Origin: Oscillibacter sp.
Lineage (GTDB): Bacteria; Bacillota; Clostridia; Oscillospirales; Oscillospiraceae
Length of the DNA stretch: 64,000 bases
Assembly (NCBI GenBank): GCA_017526785.1
Contig: JAFXQV010000031.1
Coordinates: forward strand, 38,624 to 102,623
Direction of reading: 5' to 3'
A program made the position numbers and the translations under genes. The notes under the pieces were generated by a model. That model worked only from the letters and a program-made list of their open reading frames with translations. It was not told where the DNA came from and ran no database searches. Below are positions 26,740 through 35,784 of this stretch, one piece after another (the first letter of the stretch is position 1; every line of letters begins with the position of its first letter).

Positions 26740-26958
26740 TCTCTGACGCGGTAGAAAACATCCTGGCTTGTATTCCTCGACACCCTCTTCCAGAAAAACC
26801 GTTGCCCCGCTAAGGGGAATCTGACGCTTTTCGTGAAGATAATTACCGAATATCCCGTAAAGATTGCCTTTAATCAAAACATGGTTTATCCATTGCGGCT
26901 CCATAACCTTGACTTTGCCGTTTATAATTTCCGTTCTTGGTTCTTCCTGAAACGACAT
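26740..26958 (-). pseudogene. Truncated Uma2-family (DUF820) endonuclease remnant
   Basis: The first 65 or so aa (TEIINGKVKVMEPQWINHVLIKGNLYGIFGNYL) fit the Uma2 N-terminal pattern (ExxNGxxxxMxPxxxxH...NL). The rest of the 182-aa ORF is low-quality sequence that overlaps paralog B on the opposite strand. Confidence 0.35.
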
Positions 26959-26977
26959 GGTTTCTCCTTTCTTGTAA

Positions 26978-27007
26978 AGCCTCCCCCGTGAACAGGGGAG
27001 GCTTTTT
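26978..27007. terminator. Hairpin terminator downstream of rnfB
   Basis: Stem AGCCTCCCC/GGGGAGGCT. T5 follows on the plus strand and UUU on the minus strand. Confidence 0.5.
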
Positions 27008-27017
27008 CAGGACAGGG

Positions 27018-27923
27018 TCACTTTTTCGCGGCGGCGGGTTTGCCGGATTTCGCGGCGGCGACTTCCGCCGCTTTCTTTTTGGCCTCGGCCGCCTTTTTCT
27101 TGACTTCCTTGTACTTTTCCTTTTCCTCCGGCGTGGCGGCCGGGGTAATGGCGTCTCGCGGACAGACTTTCGTGCAGAGTTTGCAGTTGATACACTTCGC
27201 GTAGTCGATGGACGCGATACCGTCGACAACGTGGATTGCGTCCTTTTTGCACTCGCGTTCGCACAGTCCGCACCCGATACAGGAATTTTCGCAAACGGTC
27301 ATAGCGGCCTTGCCCTTTTCCTGATTCAGGCACAGCACGCGAACCTTTTTCGACACGGGTACCGACACAATCAGCTTGCGCGGACACGCCGCCGCGCAGG
27401 CCATACAGTCCGTGCACTTGTCCTCGTCGACGACCGCGACACCGTTCGCGCCGATACTCATTGCCCCGAACTGGCAGGCCTTCACGCAAGAGCCGAAGCC
27501 CAGACAGCCCCACGCGCAGTCGAGCGGCCCCGCCGCGACTTTCTCCGCGGCCGTGCAGTCCTGAACGCCGACATACTCGAAGCGCTTCACGGCGGCGGTT
27601 CCGCCGTTGCAACGGACAAAGGCCACTTCCCGTTCGCCGACAGTGGCGGTCTGTCCCATAATTTCGGCGATAGCGGCGGCGGCGTCAGCGCCGGCGGGGG
27701 CGCAGGCCGTCACAGGCGCGTCGCCCGCGACAATCGCCGCCGCACAGCCCGCGCAGCCCGGATAACCACAGCCGCCGCAATTCGCGCCCGCCAGTTTGCT
27801 TAAGACCGCCTCCTCGCGGGGGTCTTTCTTGACCTCGAAGATTTTGGAGGCCACCGCCAGCAGAGCGCCGAACAACGCGCCCAGCAGTCCGAGTACGAGT
27901 ACGGCGGACAATACGTTTAACAT
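27018..27923 (-). CDS. rnfB: Rnf electron-transport complex subunit B (polyferredoxin) with Lys/Ala-rich tail
   Basis: 301 aa. N-terminal TM helix, CGGCGYPGC cluster, and several CxxCxxCxxxCP motifs. Last about 40 aa: EEKEKYKEVKKKAAEAKKKAAEVAAAKSGKPAAAKK. Confidence 0.92.
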   Translation of the reverse strand: MLNVLSAVLVLGLLGALFGALLAVASKIFEVKKDPREEAVLSKLAGANCGGCGYPGCAGCAAAIVAGDAPVTACAPAGADAAAAIAEIMGQTATVGEREVAFVRCNGGTAAVKRFEYVGVQDCTAAEKVAAGPLDCAWGCLGFGSCVKACQFGAMSIGANGVAVVDEDKCTDCMACAAACPRKLIVSVPVSKKVRVLCLNQEKGKAAMTVCENSCIGCGLCERECKKDAIHVVDGIASIDYAKCINCKLCTKVCPRDAITPAATPEEKEKYKEVKKKAAEAKKKAAEVAAAKSGKPAAAKK

Positions 27924-27936
27924 GGTTCAGCCCCCC

Positions 27937-28530
27937 TCACTTGAACACGTCGAGACCGGAGAAGCCCATGAACGCCAGCGCCATTAACCCGGCGGCGACA
28001 AGCGCAATGGGGAACCCGTCAAAGGACTTGGGGTAGTCGGCGAATACGAGCTGTTCCCGCACACTCGCCAGCAGGACAATCGCCAGCAGGAAGCCCACGC
28101 CGCCCGTAATGCCGTAGACGACCGCCTCAATGAAGTTGTAGGAGTTCTGGATGTTGAGCAGGGCGACGCCCAGCACGGCACAATTGGTCGTAATTAAAGG
28201 CAGGTAGACGCCCAGCGCCGTGTAGAGCGCCGGAACAGACTTCTGTAGGAACATCTCGATGAACTGCACGAGCGCGGCAATGACCAGAATAAAGGCCACG
28301 GTCTGCATGTAGACCAGATTCAGCGGGACGAGAATCCAGTTGTAGACGCACCACGTAATAGCGGACGCCAGACCCATGACGAACACGACCGCGAAGCCCA
28401 TGCCCGTGGCGGTGTCGATTTTCTTGGACACGCCCATGAACGGGCAGCAGCCCAGAAACTGTGAAAAAATGAAGTTGTTGGACAGAATCGCGCCAATGGT
28501 AATCGTAATCAGCGTGGAGAGTTCTTTCAT
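27937..28530 (-). CDS. rnfA: Rnf complex subunit A
   Basis: 197-aa polytopic membrane protein in the typical RnfA/NqrE family pattern, with the expected operon position. Confidence 0.9.
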   Translation of the reverse strand: MKELSTLITITIGAILSNNFIFSQFLGCCPFMGVSKKIDTATGMGFAVVFVMGLASAITWCVYNWILVPLNLVYMQTVAFILVIAALVQFIEMFLQKSVPALYTALGVYLPLITTNCAVLGVALLNIQNSYNFIEAVVYGITGGVGFLLAIVLLASVREQLVFADYPKSFDGFPIALVAAGLMALAFMGFSGLDVFK

Positions 28531-29222
28531 GCTTTCGCCGCCTCCTTTTCAGCTTTCGCGGCCTGTTCCGCTTTCCGTTTGGAGCGGTCTAAAGCCCACT
28601 GCATGGCGGCAATGAGTACCGCCAGCACGATGAATCCGCCCACCGGCAACGTCAGGAGCTTCATGGGGTACTGTTCGGGGAGAATGGTAATGCCCTTTCC
28701 GGCACCGAGCGCGCCGCCGTCGAAGATTCCGCCGGAACCCAAAATGCCGCCGCCGAACGTCCCCGCGCCCAGAAACTCGCGGATAACGCACATAATCAGC
28801 AACACGACCGTGTAGCCGATACCTTGACAGATACCGTCAATCGCGGAGGCCAGAACGCCGTTCTTATACGAGAACGATTCGGCGCGGCCTAAAATGATGC
28901 AGTTCACGACAATCAGCGGAATGAACACGCCCAGCGATTCCGACAGCGCCGGGACGAACGCCTGTAACAGCAGGTCAACCATTGTCACGAACCCGGCGAT
29001 AACCACAATAAACATGGCGATACGGATTTTGTCGGGGACGATGTTCCGGATTGCGGAAATGATGATGTTGGAGAGGGTCAGAATAATCGTGACGGCGATA
29101 CCCATGCCGATTCCGTTAAAGAAGGAAGTGGTAATGGCCATTGTCGAACACAGGCCTAAAAGCTGTACGAGTACGGGGTTATTGGTGACAAGCCCCTCTT
29201 TGAATTGGGATTTGAAATCCAT
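28527..29222 (-). CDS. rnfE: Rnf complex subunit E
   Basis: 231 aa. Contains [13 protein letters not shown], the typical RnfE/NqrD pattern. 4-nt overlap with rnfA. Confidence 0.9.
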   Translation of the reverse strand: MDFKSQFKEGLVTNNPVLVQLLGLCSTMAITTSFFNGIGMGIAVTIILTLSNIIISAIRNIVPDKIRIAMFIVVIAGFVTMVDLLLQAFVPALSESLGVFIPLIVVNCIILGRAESFSYKNGVLASAIDGICQGIGYTVVLLIMCVIREFLGAGTFGGGILGSGGIFDGGALGAGKGITILPEQYPMKLLTLPVGGFIVLAVLIAAMQWALDRSKRKAEQAAKAEKEAAKA

Positions 29223-29240
29223 GTGTCGCGCCTCCTTTCG

Positions 29241-29873
29241 TCAGTCCATGAGGGCGGCGACCGCCAAGGCGGCGTTGACGCCCGTTGTCACGCCGCGAGA
29301 GGAGACCGTCGCGCCGCTGATAGCGTCGATGTTGCCGCCGACGGAAAGCGTGCCGTCCGCCGGGGACTTGCCGATGAACTGGTCAAGCACGGGCGTCCCG
29401 CTTGCGGTGGGTTCGTTGCCCATGACCTTGGAGCCGATACCCGGCGTTTCGGAGTTGCTGACAATCGAGACGCCCGTCACAACGTCGGCTTCGTCGACGC
29501 CGACCATCATTTCAATATTGCCCTGAGAGCCGCTGGCGACAATAGTTAATGCGTACCCGGCGGGGGCGGCGTCCTCCGTGACGGCGTAGAGCGCGGACAA
29601 CGTCGCGCCCGCGCCGGACGCGGCGGCGGTCATGTCGCCGGAGAGTTCCAGCGCGTCGGAGAACTCCGAAGCGTCGGGGTTTTCGACGACCTGCTTTAAC
29701 GCCGCGTCGGTGGCGGCTTTCTGGCGGGCGGTGATGTTCGGGAGCGTGACCATGTTGACCAGCCCGAGCAGGAACGCGACCACCAGACAGGTACCAAATA
29801 GCCGGACTGTCAGTGTGGCAATATATTTCGGGTCCATGCTGACTTTTTCGGCTTGCTTGACATTTCCGCTCAT
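29241..29873 (-). CDS. rnfG: Rnf complex subunit G (FMN-binding)
   Basis: 210 aa. N-terminal TM helix and the C-terminal ISGATVSSRGV flavinylation motif. Confidence 0.9.
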   Translation of the reverse strand: MSGNVKQAEKVSMDPKYIATLTVRLFGTCLVVAFLLGLVNMVTLPNITARQKAATDAALKQVVENPDASEFSDALELSGDMTAAASGAGATLSALYAVTEDAAPAGYALTIVASGSQGNIEMMVGVDEADVVTGVSIVSNSETPGIGSKVMGNEPTASGTPVLDQFIGKSPADGTLSVGGNIDAISGATVSSRGVTTGVNAALAVAALMD

Positions 29874-30892
29874 TTCGCCGCCTCCTTTTCGGTATCTTTG
29901 ACCACGCCGAAGCGCGGGGGTTTCACGTAGCGGTCAATCAGCGGCACGAACAGATTCATAACCATGATGGAGTAGCACACGCCCTCGTTGTAGGAGCCGA
30001 AATAGCGGATTGCAATGGTGAACAGTCCACAGCCCACGCCGAAAATGGCCTGTCCTTTCGCCGTCACGGGGGAAGTCGCGTAGTCCGTGGCCATGAAAAC
30101 CGCGCCGAGAATCAGGCCGCCGCCGAGTACGTTGTAAATCATCCAGTCGAAGTTGCCCAGCCCGCCGCGCGGGAACAGGAACGCCAGCACGGCGACAGTC
30201 CCGATGTAGAAAACGGGCGTCTGCCAGTTGATGATTTTCCGGTAGAGCAACCACGCGAAGCCCAGCAACAGCGCCAGCGCGGAAACTTCACCCAAAGACC
30301 CCGGAATCGTGCCAAGGAACATGTCGCCGACACTGTACTTGCTCATCAAAAACGCGGCGGTTCCGCCCTTGAGTTGCGCAAGGGGCGTGGCGGTCGTGGT
30401 CACGTCGGCGGTCGAGCCGAGGACGGCCGCGAACTTTCCGACAGGATTTGCCCACGTTGTCATAGTTCCGGCGTAACTCGCCAGAAGCGCGGCGCGTCCG
30501 GCCAGCGCGGGGTTGACGAAGTTGCAACCGATTCCGCCGAAAAGTTGCTTGACCAGAATAATGGCGAAGAAATCGCCGATAAAGATTGTCCAGTAGGGAA
30601 TCTGCACCGGGCAGACGAACGCCAGTAACACGCCCGTCACAACGGCGCTGAGGTCGCCGACGGACTGCGGCTTGTTCATCAGTCTGCGGTACGCCCACTC
30701 GAAGAACACGCAAGCCGCCGCCGAAAAGGCCGTCACCGACAGCGCCCGCACGCCGAAATTGTAGCACGCGAACAGAAGCGCCGGACACAGCGCAATCAGC
30801 ACGTCGCGCATGATAGATTGTGTGGTCTGTTCGCCGCGGATGTGGGGGGAGGATGTCGCAATGAGTTTCAGGCTTTTGTAATCCGTAGTCAT
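29870..30892 (-). CDS. rnfD: Rnf complex subunit D
   Basis: 340-aa polytopic protein with SSPHIR near the N-terminus and FMATDYATSP. Confidence 0.92.
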   Translation of the reverse strand: MTTDYKSLKLIATSSPHIRGEQTTQSIMRDVLIALCPALLFACYNFGVRALSVTAFSAAACVFFEWAYRRLMNKPQSVGDLSAVVTGVLLAFVCPVQIPYWTIFIGDFFAIILVKQLFGGIGCNFVNPALAGRAALLASYAGTMTTWANPVGKFAAVLGSTADVTTTATPLAQLKGGTAAFLMSKYSVGDMFLGTIPGSLGEVSALALLLGFAWLLYRKIINWQTPVFYIGTVAVLAFLFPRGGLGNFDWMIYNVLGGGLILGAVFMATDYATSPVTAKGQAIFGVGCGLFTIAIRYFGSYNEGVCYSIMVMNLFVPLIDRYVKPPRFGVVKDTEKEAAK

Positions 30893-32256
30893 TTCGCCAC
30901 AACCTCCTTTTTGGACGCTTTCTTGGCCTCCGCCGCCGCGCGGTCAGCGGCCATTTTGTCTTTGAGCTTCTGCTTGCCGTACTTGAACATATGCGTCAGG
31001 TGCATACGCGCCGGGCAGGCGTACGCGCACGCGCCGCACTCCATGCAGTCCATGACGTGAGCCTCGTTCAACTCGTCCAGCATGTCTTTCGACGCGTACT
31101 GGTACATAAAAAGCGGCTCCAAGTGCATCGGACACGCCGCCACGCACTTGCCGCAACGGATACACTGCGGGTGTTCCACGGTCTGTTCCTCGTCGCCGCA
31201 AAACGCCAGCATAGCCCCCGTTCCCTTGCCGACGGGTACTTCCGCCGTATACTGCGCCATGCCCATCATGGGGCCGCCCATGACTAACTTGTAGGTGTTC
31301 TCGTCCAGCCCGCCGCACTCGTCGAACAGCCGGGAGACGGGCGTGCCAATCGGGCATTCCAGATTCTTCGGCTCCGCCACGCCCGACCCGGATACCGTCA
31401 CAATCTTCTTGACGACCGGCATACCGTCCTTGATAGCGCGGTAAATGGCGCAAGTCGTGTTGATGTTGAACACGGCGCAGCCGATATTCGACGGCAGTCC
31501 GCCGGGCGGCACCTGCTTTCCGGTAATCGCCTGACAGAGCTGTTTTTCGCCGCCCTGCGGGTAGCGGCACGCCAGAGCGCGCACCTCCACGGGCGCGTTT
31601 TTCTCCGAGATGACCCGGTTCATGCTGTCAATGCCGTTCTGCTTGTTGTCCTCGACGCCAATAATGACCACGTCGACGCCAAACATTTTCGCCAGATACG
31701 TCGCGCCGCCGATAATCTCCTCCGGGCGCTCCAGCATGGTCCGGTGGTCTCCGGTGATGTACGGCTCGCACTCCGCGCCGTTGATAATCACGGTGTCGAC
31801 TTTCCCGATACCGCTGGAAATTTTAACGTGCGTCGGGAACGTCGCGCCGCCCATGCCCACGATACCGGCATTCTTGACGGCCTCCACCATGTCCGCGACG
31901 CTCAGGGCGTCGGGGTTCGCGGGGGCTTTGACCTCTTCGCTTAGCGCGTCCTGAAAGTCGTTCGCGATAATGACCGACATCATGTTTCCGCCCATGCTGT
32001 ACGGGCGCGGCTCAACGGCCTTGACCGTCCCGGAGACGCTCGCGTGAATCGGCGCGCCGAGTCCCCGGAACTCCCCGATTTTCTGCCCGACCTTCACGTA
32101 GTCGCCCTTCTTGACCAGCGGGGCGCACGGAGCGCCGAAGTGCATGGACATCGGAATGACCACCTCCGGCGGGGGCGGGAGTTGTTGTATGGCTTTTTCA
32201 TTGGTCGCGGCCTTCATGTCGTGGGGATGAACGCCGCCAAAGAACGCATTTGCCAT
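30889..32256 (-). CDS. rnfC: Rnf complex subunit C
   Basis: 455 aa. Contains GGVHP, GMGGATFPTHVK, and two CxxCxxCxxxCP clusters. Confidence 0.93.
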   Translation of the reverse strand: MANAFFGGVHPHDMKAATNEKAIQQLPPPPEVVIPMSMHFGAPCAPLVKKGDYVKVGQKIGEFRGLGAPIHASVSGTVKAVEPRPYSMGGNMMSVIIANDFQDALSEEVKAPANPDALSVADMVEAVKNAGIVGMGGATFPTHVKISSGIGKVDTVIINGAECEPYITGDHRTMLERPEEIIGGATYLAKMFGVDVVIIGVEDNKQNGIDSMNRVISEKNAPVEVRALACRYPQGGEKQLCQAITGKQVPPGGLPSNIGCAVFNINTTCAIYRAIKDGMPVVKKIVTVSGSGVAEPKNLECPIGTPVSRLFDECGGLDENTYKLVMGGPMMGMAQYTAEVPVGKGTGAMLAFCGDEEQTVEHPQCIRCGKCVAACPMHLEPLFMYQYASKDMLDELNEAHVMDCMECGACAYACPARMHLTHMFKYGKQKLKDKMAADRAAAEAKKASKKEVVAK

Positions 32257-32432
32257 TTTTTCACCTCAATTTCTCCTTGACACGTTTCCACGTCCGCCGA
32301 TTTCCCCTCCTTCAAGGAAGCCCGGCCGCCCGGACATGGACACACTGCCGCATAGTATCCTTTATTCTACACCACGAAAACAGAAATGTCCAGTGTGAAA
32401 GGCCGTTTTTTCGGGCGTTTTTTCGGGGTGTC

Positions 32433-32461
32433 TTGCTTTTCCACGCGCAATCGGTTATAAT
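32433..32461 (+). promoter_or_regulatory. Promoter of dinJ-yafQ pair 1
   Basis: TTGCTT (32433-32438), 17 nt, TATAAT (32456-32461). Confidence 0.55.
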
Positions 32462-32484
32462 GCGGACTGTAAGGGGGAATCGGT

Positions 32485-32772
32485 ATGGCACAGGCAACTT
32501 TCAGTGTCCAAATGGACGAAACATTAAAGCGTCAGTTTGACGCGCTCTGCACGGATTTCGGCATGAACGCGACCACGGCATTTACAATTTTCGCCCGCGC
32601 CGTGGTGCGGGAACGGAGGATTCCGTTTCCGATTCAGGCTTCTGACGGGACGCCAAACGCCGAAACTGTCGCCGCACTGGAGGAGGGAGAGGAAATGCTC
32701 CGCAATCCGTCCAAATACAAGCGCTACGCGACATTCCGGGAGGCGATGGACGAGGTTTTGCATGATGCTTGA
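32485..32772 (+). CDS. dinJ: RelB/DinJ-family antitoxin (pair 1)
   Basis: 95 aa. N-terminal RHH pattern FSVQMDETLKRQFDALCTDFGMNATTAFTIFARAVVRERRIPF. Confidence 0.88.
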   Translation: MAQATFSVQMDETLKRQFDALCTDFGMNATTAFTIFARAVVRERRIPFPIQASDGTPNAETVAALEEGEEMLRNPSKYKRYATFREAMDEVLHDA

Positions 32773-33043
32773 AATTGTGCTGTCAAACCGTTTCAAGCGC
32801 GATTTGAAACGCGCCGTCCGCCGGGGACGCGACACCGCCCTTTTGGAGAACGCCGTCAATTTGTTAGCGGCGGGGCGTCCCCTGCCGGAATCCAGCCGCG
32901 ACCACGCCCTCACAGGTGACTGGATTGGTTATCGGGAATGTCATATTCAGCCGGATTGGCTCTTAATTTACAAAGTCTATGAAAACGAGCTGGTTTTGCT
33001 CCTTATGCGTACCGGAACGCATGCGGATTTGTTTGAATCCTGA
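32762..33043 (+). CDS. yafQ: YafQ-family (RelE superfamily) mRNA interferase toxin (pair 1)
   Basis: 93 aa. Contains FKRDLKRA...LPESSRDHALTGDW.GYRECHIQPDWLLIYKV...L.L.RTGTHADLF. 11-nt overlap with dinJ. Confidence 0.88.
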   Translation: MMLEIVLSNRFKRDLKRAVRRGRDTALLENAVNLLAAGRPLPESSRDHALTGDWIGYRECHIQPDWLLIYKVYENELVLLLMRTGTHADLFES

Positions 33044-33152
33044 CACAAGTTCGTTGTGCTATACTTTTTCTGATGTACGGAACTTTTCCGTCCGGCGAAC
33101 GTCTAAGCATACAGAAGCAGATTTATGACGGCTTAAATTAAGGAGGCGTAAC

Positions 33153-34664
33153 ATGAGACTGAAGCGTTTTTGTTCCCTGCTGATGGCGGCGGTGATGGGG
33201 CTTACGATGATGGGCTGTGGCGCGGGGACGCCCCCCGAATCCCAAGGCGGCCTGTCCGGACTGAAAGCCAGTGTCAGCCCGGACGCCGTGCCGGAACTCA
33301 ATCCCGACGAGGAACCCGAGGCGCATTGGAACGACAAACCCGCGCCCGCACTCGACGACGAACCCGAGGCGCATTGGAACGACAAACCCGCGCCCGCCAC
33401 GCCGATTGCCGGGGAAATCGTCAAGGCCGCGTACCCGGAGACGGTTCCCTTTCCGCTGGAATCGGACTATAACGGCTCTTTCGACGCGTATTTTGAGGCT
33501 TACGACAAGTGGAGAGAGGCCAGCGCGGCGCGTCCGCGTCTGACCGCCGACGAAATCCGGACGCTGTACCCGTTTTTCAAGGACAGCGTGAGGCAGTTCC
33601 TGAACGGCACGGAAAATCGTGTCTGTTCGCCGCTGAATATCTATATGGCGCTGGCCATGCTGTCGGGACTGACGGCCGGGAACAGTCAAGGGCAAATCCT
33701 GAAACTGCTTAACGCCAAGTCCCCGGAAGCGCTCAGCGAACAGGCCAACCGTATTTGGAACGCCCTTTACACAGACGACGGCGTGTCGAGTACGCTGTTA
33801 GGAAGTTCCCTCTGGCTGAACGAAAAAGTCCGCTTCAACGCCGACACGCTAAAAAAAGTCGCCGCGAACTTTTACGCGTCGTCATATTCCGGGAAAATGG
33901 GCTCCCCGGAGTTCGACGCCTCCCTGCAAGCGTGGCTCAACGAACAGACACGCGGCCTGCTCGCCGAACAGGCAGGCGGCGTGAAGATGTCCGCCGAAAC
34001 GATTCTGGCGCTTGCCACGACCATTTATTTCAAGGCCAAGTGGGACGATGAGTTTAACGAATACGCCACCAAGCCGGAGACCTTCCACGCCGTGGGCGGC
34101 GACCGTCAAGCGCCCTTTATGCACCAGACATTCCGCGACGCGCATTACACGGGCGACGGCTTTACCGCCGTCTACAAGGAACTCCGGGACAGCGGTATGT
34201 GGTTTATCCTCCCCGACAGGGGCAAGACCCCCGCTGACCTGCTCAACAATGGCGCGGCTATGGACTTTCTCTCCGAACCCGGCAAATATTCCAAGCGCGC
34301 CGAGGCGGAAATTGTGCTGTCCCTGCCGAAATTCGATGTCACGTCCGACCTTGACCTTATCGCCGGACTGCAGGCGCTGGGCGTCACGGACATTTTCAAC
34401 ATGCGTGCCGCGGACTTCTCGCCCATGACCACCAGCCGCGACGACATTACCATTGGGCAGGCCAAGCACGCCGCGCGCGTCAAGATTGACGAGGAAGGCT
34501 GTGAGGCCGCCGCCTATACGGTCATGATGGCCGTAGGCAGTGCCATGCCCGAACCGCTCCCGCAAGTACAATTCACGTTAGACCGTCCGTTTCTGTTCGC
34601 GGTCACGGCGTCGGGCGGCGTGCCGCTGTTCGTCGGCGCGGTGCAGACGCCCATTGACGCCTGA
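33153..34664 (+). CDS. Serpin-family serine protease inhibitor, lipoprotein-anchored
   Basis: 503 aa. Lipobox MGLTMMGCG and a repeat-containing linker. Serpin core (NIYMALAMLSGLTAGNS..., hinge/RCL region EEGCEAAAYTVMMAVGSAMP, and C-terminal DRPFLFAV). Confidence 0.88.
   Translation: MRLKRFCSLLMAAVMGLTMMGCGAGTPPESQGGLSGLKASVSPDAVPELNPDEEPEAHWNDKPAPALDDEPEAHWNDKPAPATPIAGEIVKAAYPETVPFPLESDYNGSFDAYFEAYDKWREASAARPRLTADEIRTLYPFFKDSVRQFLNGTENRVCSPLNIYMALAMLSGLTAGNSQGQILKLLNAKSPEALSEQANRIWNALYTDDGVSSTLLGSSLWLNEKVRFNADTLKKVAANFYASSYSGKMGSPEFDASLQAWLNEQTRGLLAEQAGGVKMSAETILALATTIYFKAKWDDEFNEYATKPETFHAVGGDRQAPFMHQTFRDAHYTGDGFTAVYKELRDSGMWFILPDRGKTPADLLNNGAAMDFLSEPGKYSKRAEAEIVLSLPKFDVTSDLDLIAGLQALGVTDIFNMRAADFSPMTTSRDDITIGQAKHAARVKIDEEGCEAAAYTVMMAVGSAMPEPLPQVQFTLDRPFLFAVTASGGVPLFVGAVQTPIDA
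33306..33401 (+). repeat. Two copies of a 48-bp in-frame tandem repeat (D(E/D)EPEAHWNDKPAPA) in the serpin linker
   Basis: Direct reading; the copies start at 33306 and 33354. Confidence 0.9.
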
Positions 34665-34669
34665 CGACT

Positions 34670-34702
34670 GTCACGCCGCGCGTTGTGCGCGGCGTGACTT
34701 TT
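34670..34702 (+). terminator. Serpin terminator
   Basis: 12-bp stem GTCACGCCGCGC/GCGCGGCGTGAC followed by TTTT. Confidence 0.75.
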
Positions 34703-34733
34703 CGCAAAAAGCCCCGTCTTATCTTGCGTATGA

Positions 34734-34771
34734 AAAGCCCCGTCCGCCGCACAGCGACGAACGGGGGCTTT
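34734..34771 (-). terminator. Terminator of the transketolase operon
   Basis: Stem AAAGCCCCGT/ACGGGGGCTTT. On the minus strand it is followed by CUUUUC. Confidence 0.6.
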
Positions 34772-34790
34772 CGATATGGTGGATTGCGGC

Positions 34791-35765
34791 TCACTTCCGG
34801 GCGAGAACCTTCTTGACGGCTTCCACGATGTTGGCGGCGCGCAAGCCGTATTCGTCCATAAGGAAGTTCTGCGGTCCCACCTGCCCGAACACATCCTGAA
34901 CGCCCACGAATTCCTGCGGCGCGGGGCAGTTCTTGGCGAGGCAGTTCGCCACGGCGGAACCCAGTCCGCAAGTGACGTTGTGGTTTTCGGCGGTGACAAT
35001 CGCGCCCGTCTCCTTGGCGGCCTTGACGACAAGCTCGGTGTCAAGGGGCTTCCAAGTAAACATGTCAATCACGCGGGCGGAAATGCCGTCGTCCCGCAAG
35101 GCCTCCCACGCTTTCAAGGCCTCGTCGACCATGATGCCGGAGGCGATAATCGTCACGGCGTCCCCGTCGGTCTCGTGGAGCGTGACGCCCCTGCCAATCG
35201 TGAACGTGCTGCCGTCGCCGTAGACGCGGATAATGTCCTTGCGCGGGAAACGCGTCATGGTGACGCCGCTGGTGATGTCGGGCAACTGCGCCGTGACGGC
35301 GGCGAGCTGGTCGTAGTCGCAGGGGTCGGTCACCACGGTGTCCGGAATGGACATGTACATGGCGGCGTCCTCCAAGGGCATATGGGTGCCGCCGTTGAAG
35401 GCGGCGGTCACGCCGGGGTCGGAGCAGAGGACGTGTACGGGCAGCCCGGCGTAGGCGGCGGACATGTAAATCTGGTCGTAGCAGCGCCGGGACGAGAACG
35501 TGCCGAACGAGTGGAAAAAGACCTTTTTCCCGGTGGCGGCCAGTCCGGCGGCGATACCCGCCGCGTTACCCTCCGCGATGCCCGCCTGAAACGCCCGGTC
35601 GGGGTAGTGCTGTTGCAGACGCTTCGTGTTGATACATCCCATCAGGTCACAGTCGAGGTAGCAGATAGAAGTATCCTTTTCCATGAGGGCGTCCAGCGTG
35701 AGGGCGACCGCGTCACGGGCGGCGCGGGCGTCCTTTTCGTGCTTGCCAATCAAATTAACGCTCAT
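34791..35765 (-). CDS. tktB: Transketolase, C-terminal (pyrimidine-binding) subunit
   Basis: 324 aa. Contains GIAEGNAAGIAAGLA and a C-terminal transketolase_C pattern. Paired with the N-terminal subunit gene immediately upstream. Confidence 0.9.
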   Translation of the reverse strand: MSVNLIGKHEKDARAARDAVALTLDALMEKDTSICYLDCDLMGCINTKRLQQHYPDRAFQAGIAEGNAAGIAAGLAATGKKVFFHSFGTFSSRRCYDQIYMSAAYAGLPVHVLCSDPGVTAAFNGGTHMPLEDAAMYMSIPDTVVTDPCDYDQLAAVTAQLPDITSGVTMTRFPRKDIIRVYGDGSTFTIGRGVTLHETDGDAVTIIASGIMVDEALKAWEALRDDGISARVIDMFTWKPLDTELVVKAAKETGAIVTAENHNVTCGLGSAVANCLAKNCPAPQEFVGVQDVFGQVGPQNFLMDEYGLRAANIVEAVKKVLARK

Positions 35766-35784
35766 TGATTCTCTCTCCTTTCCG

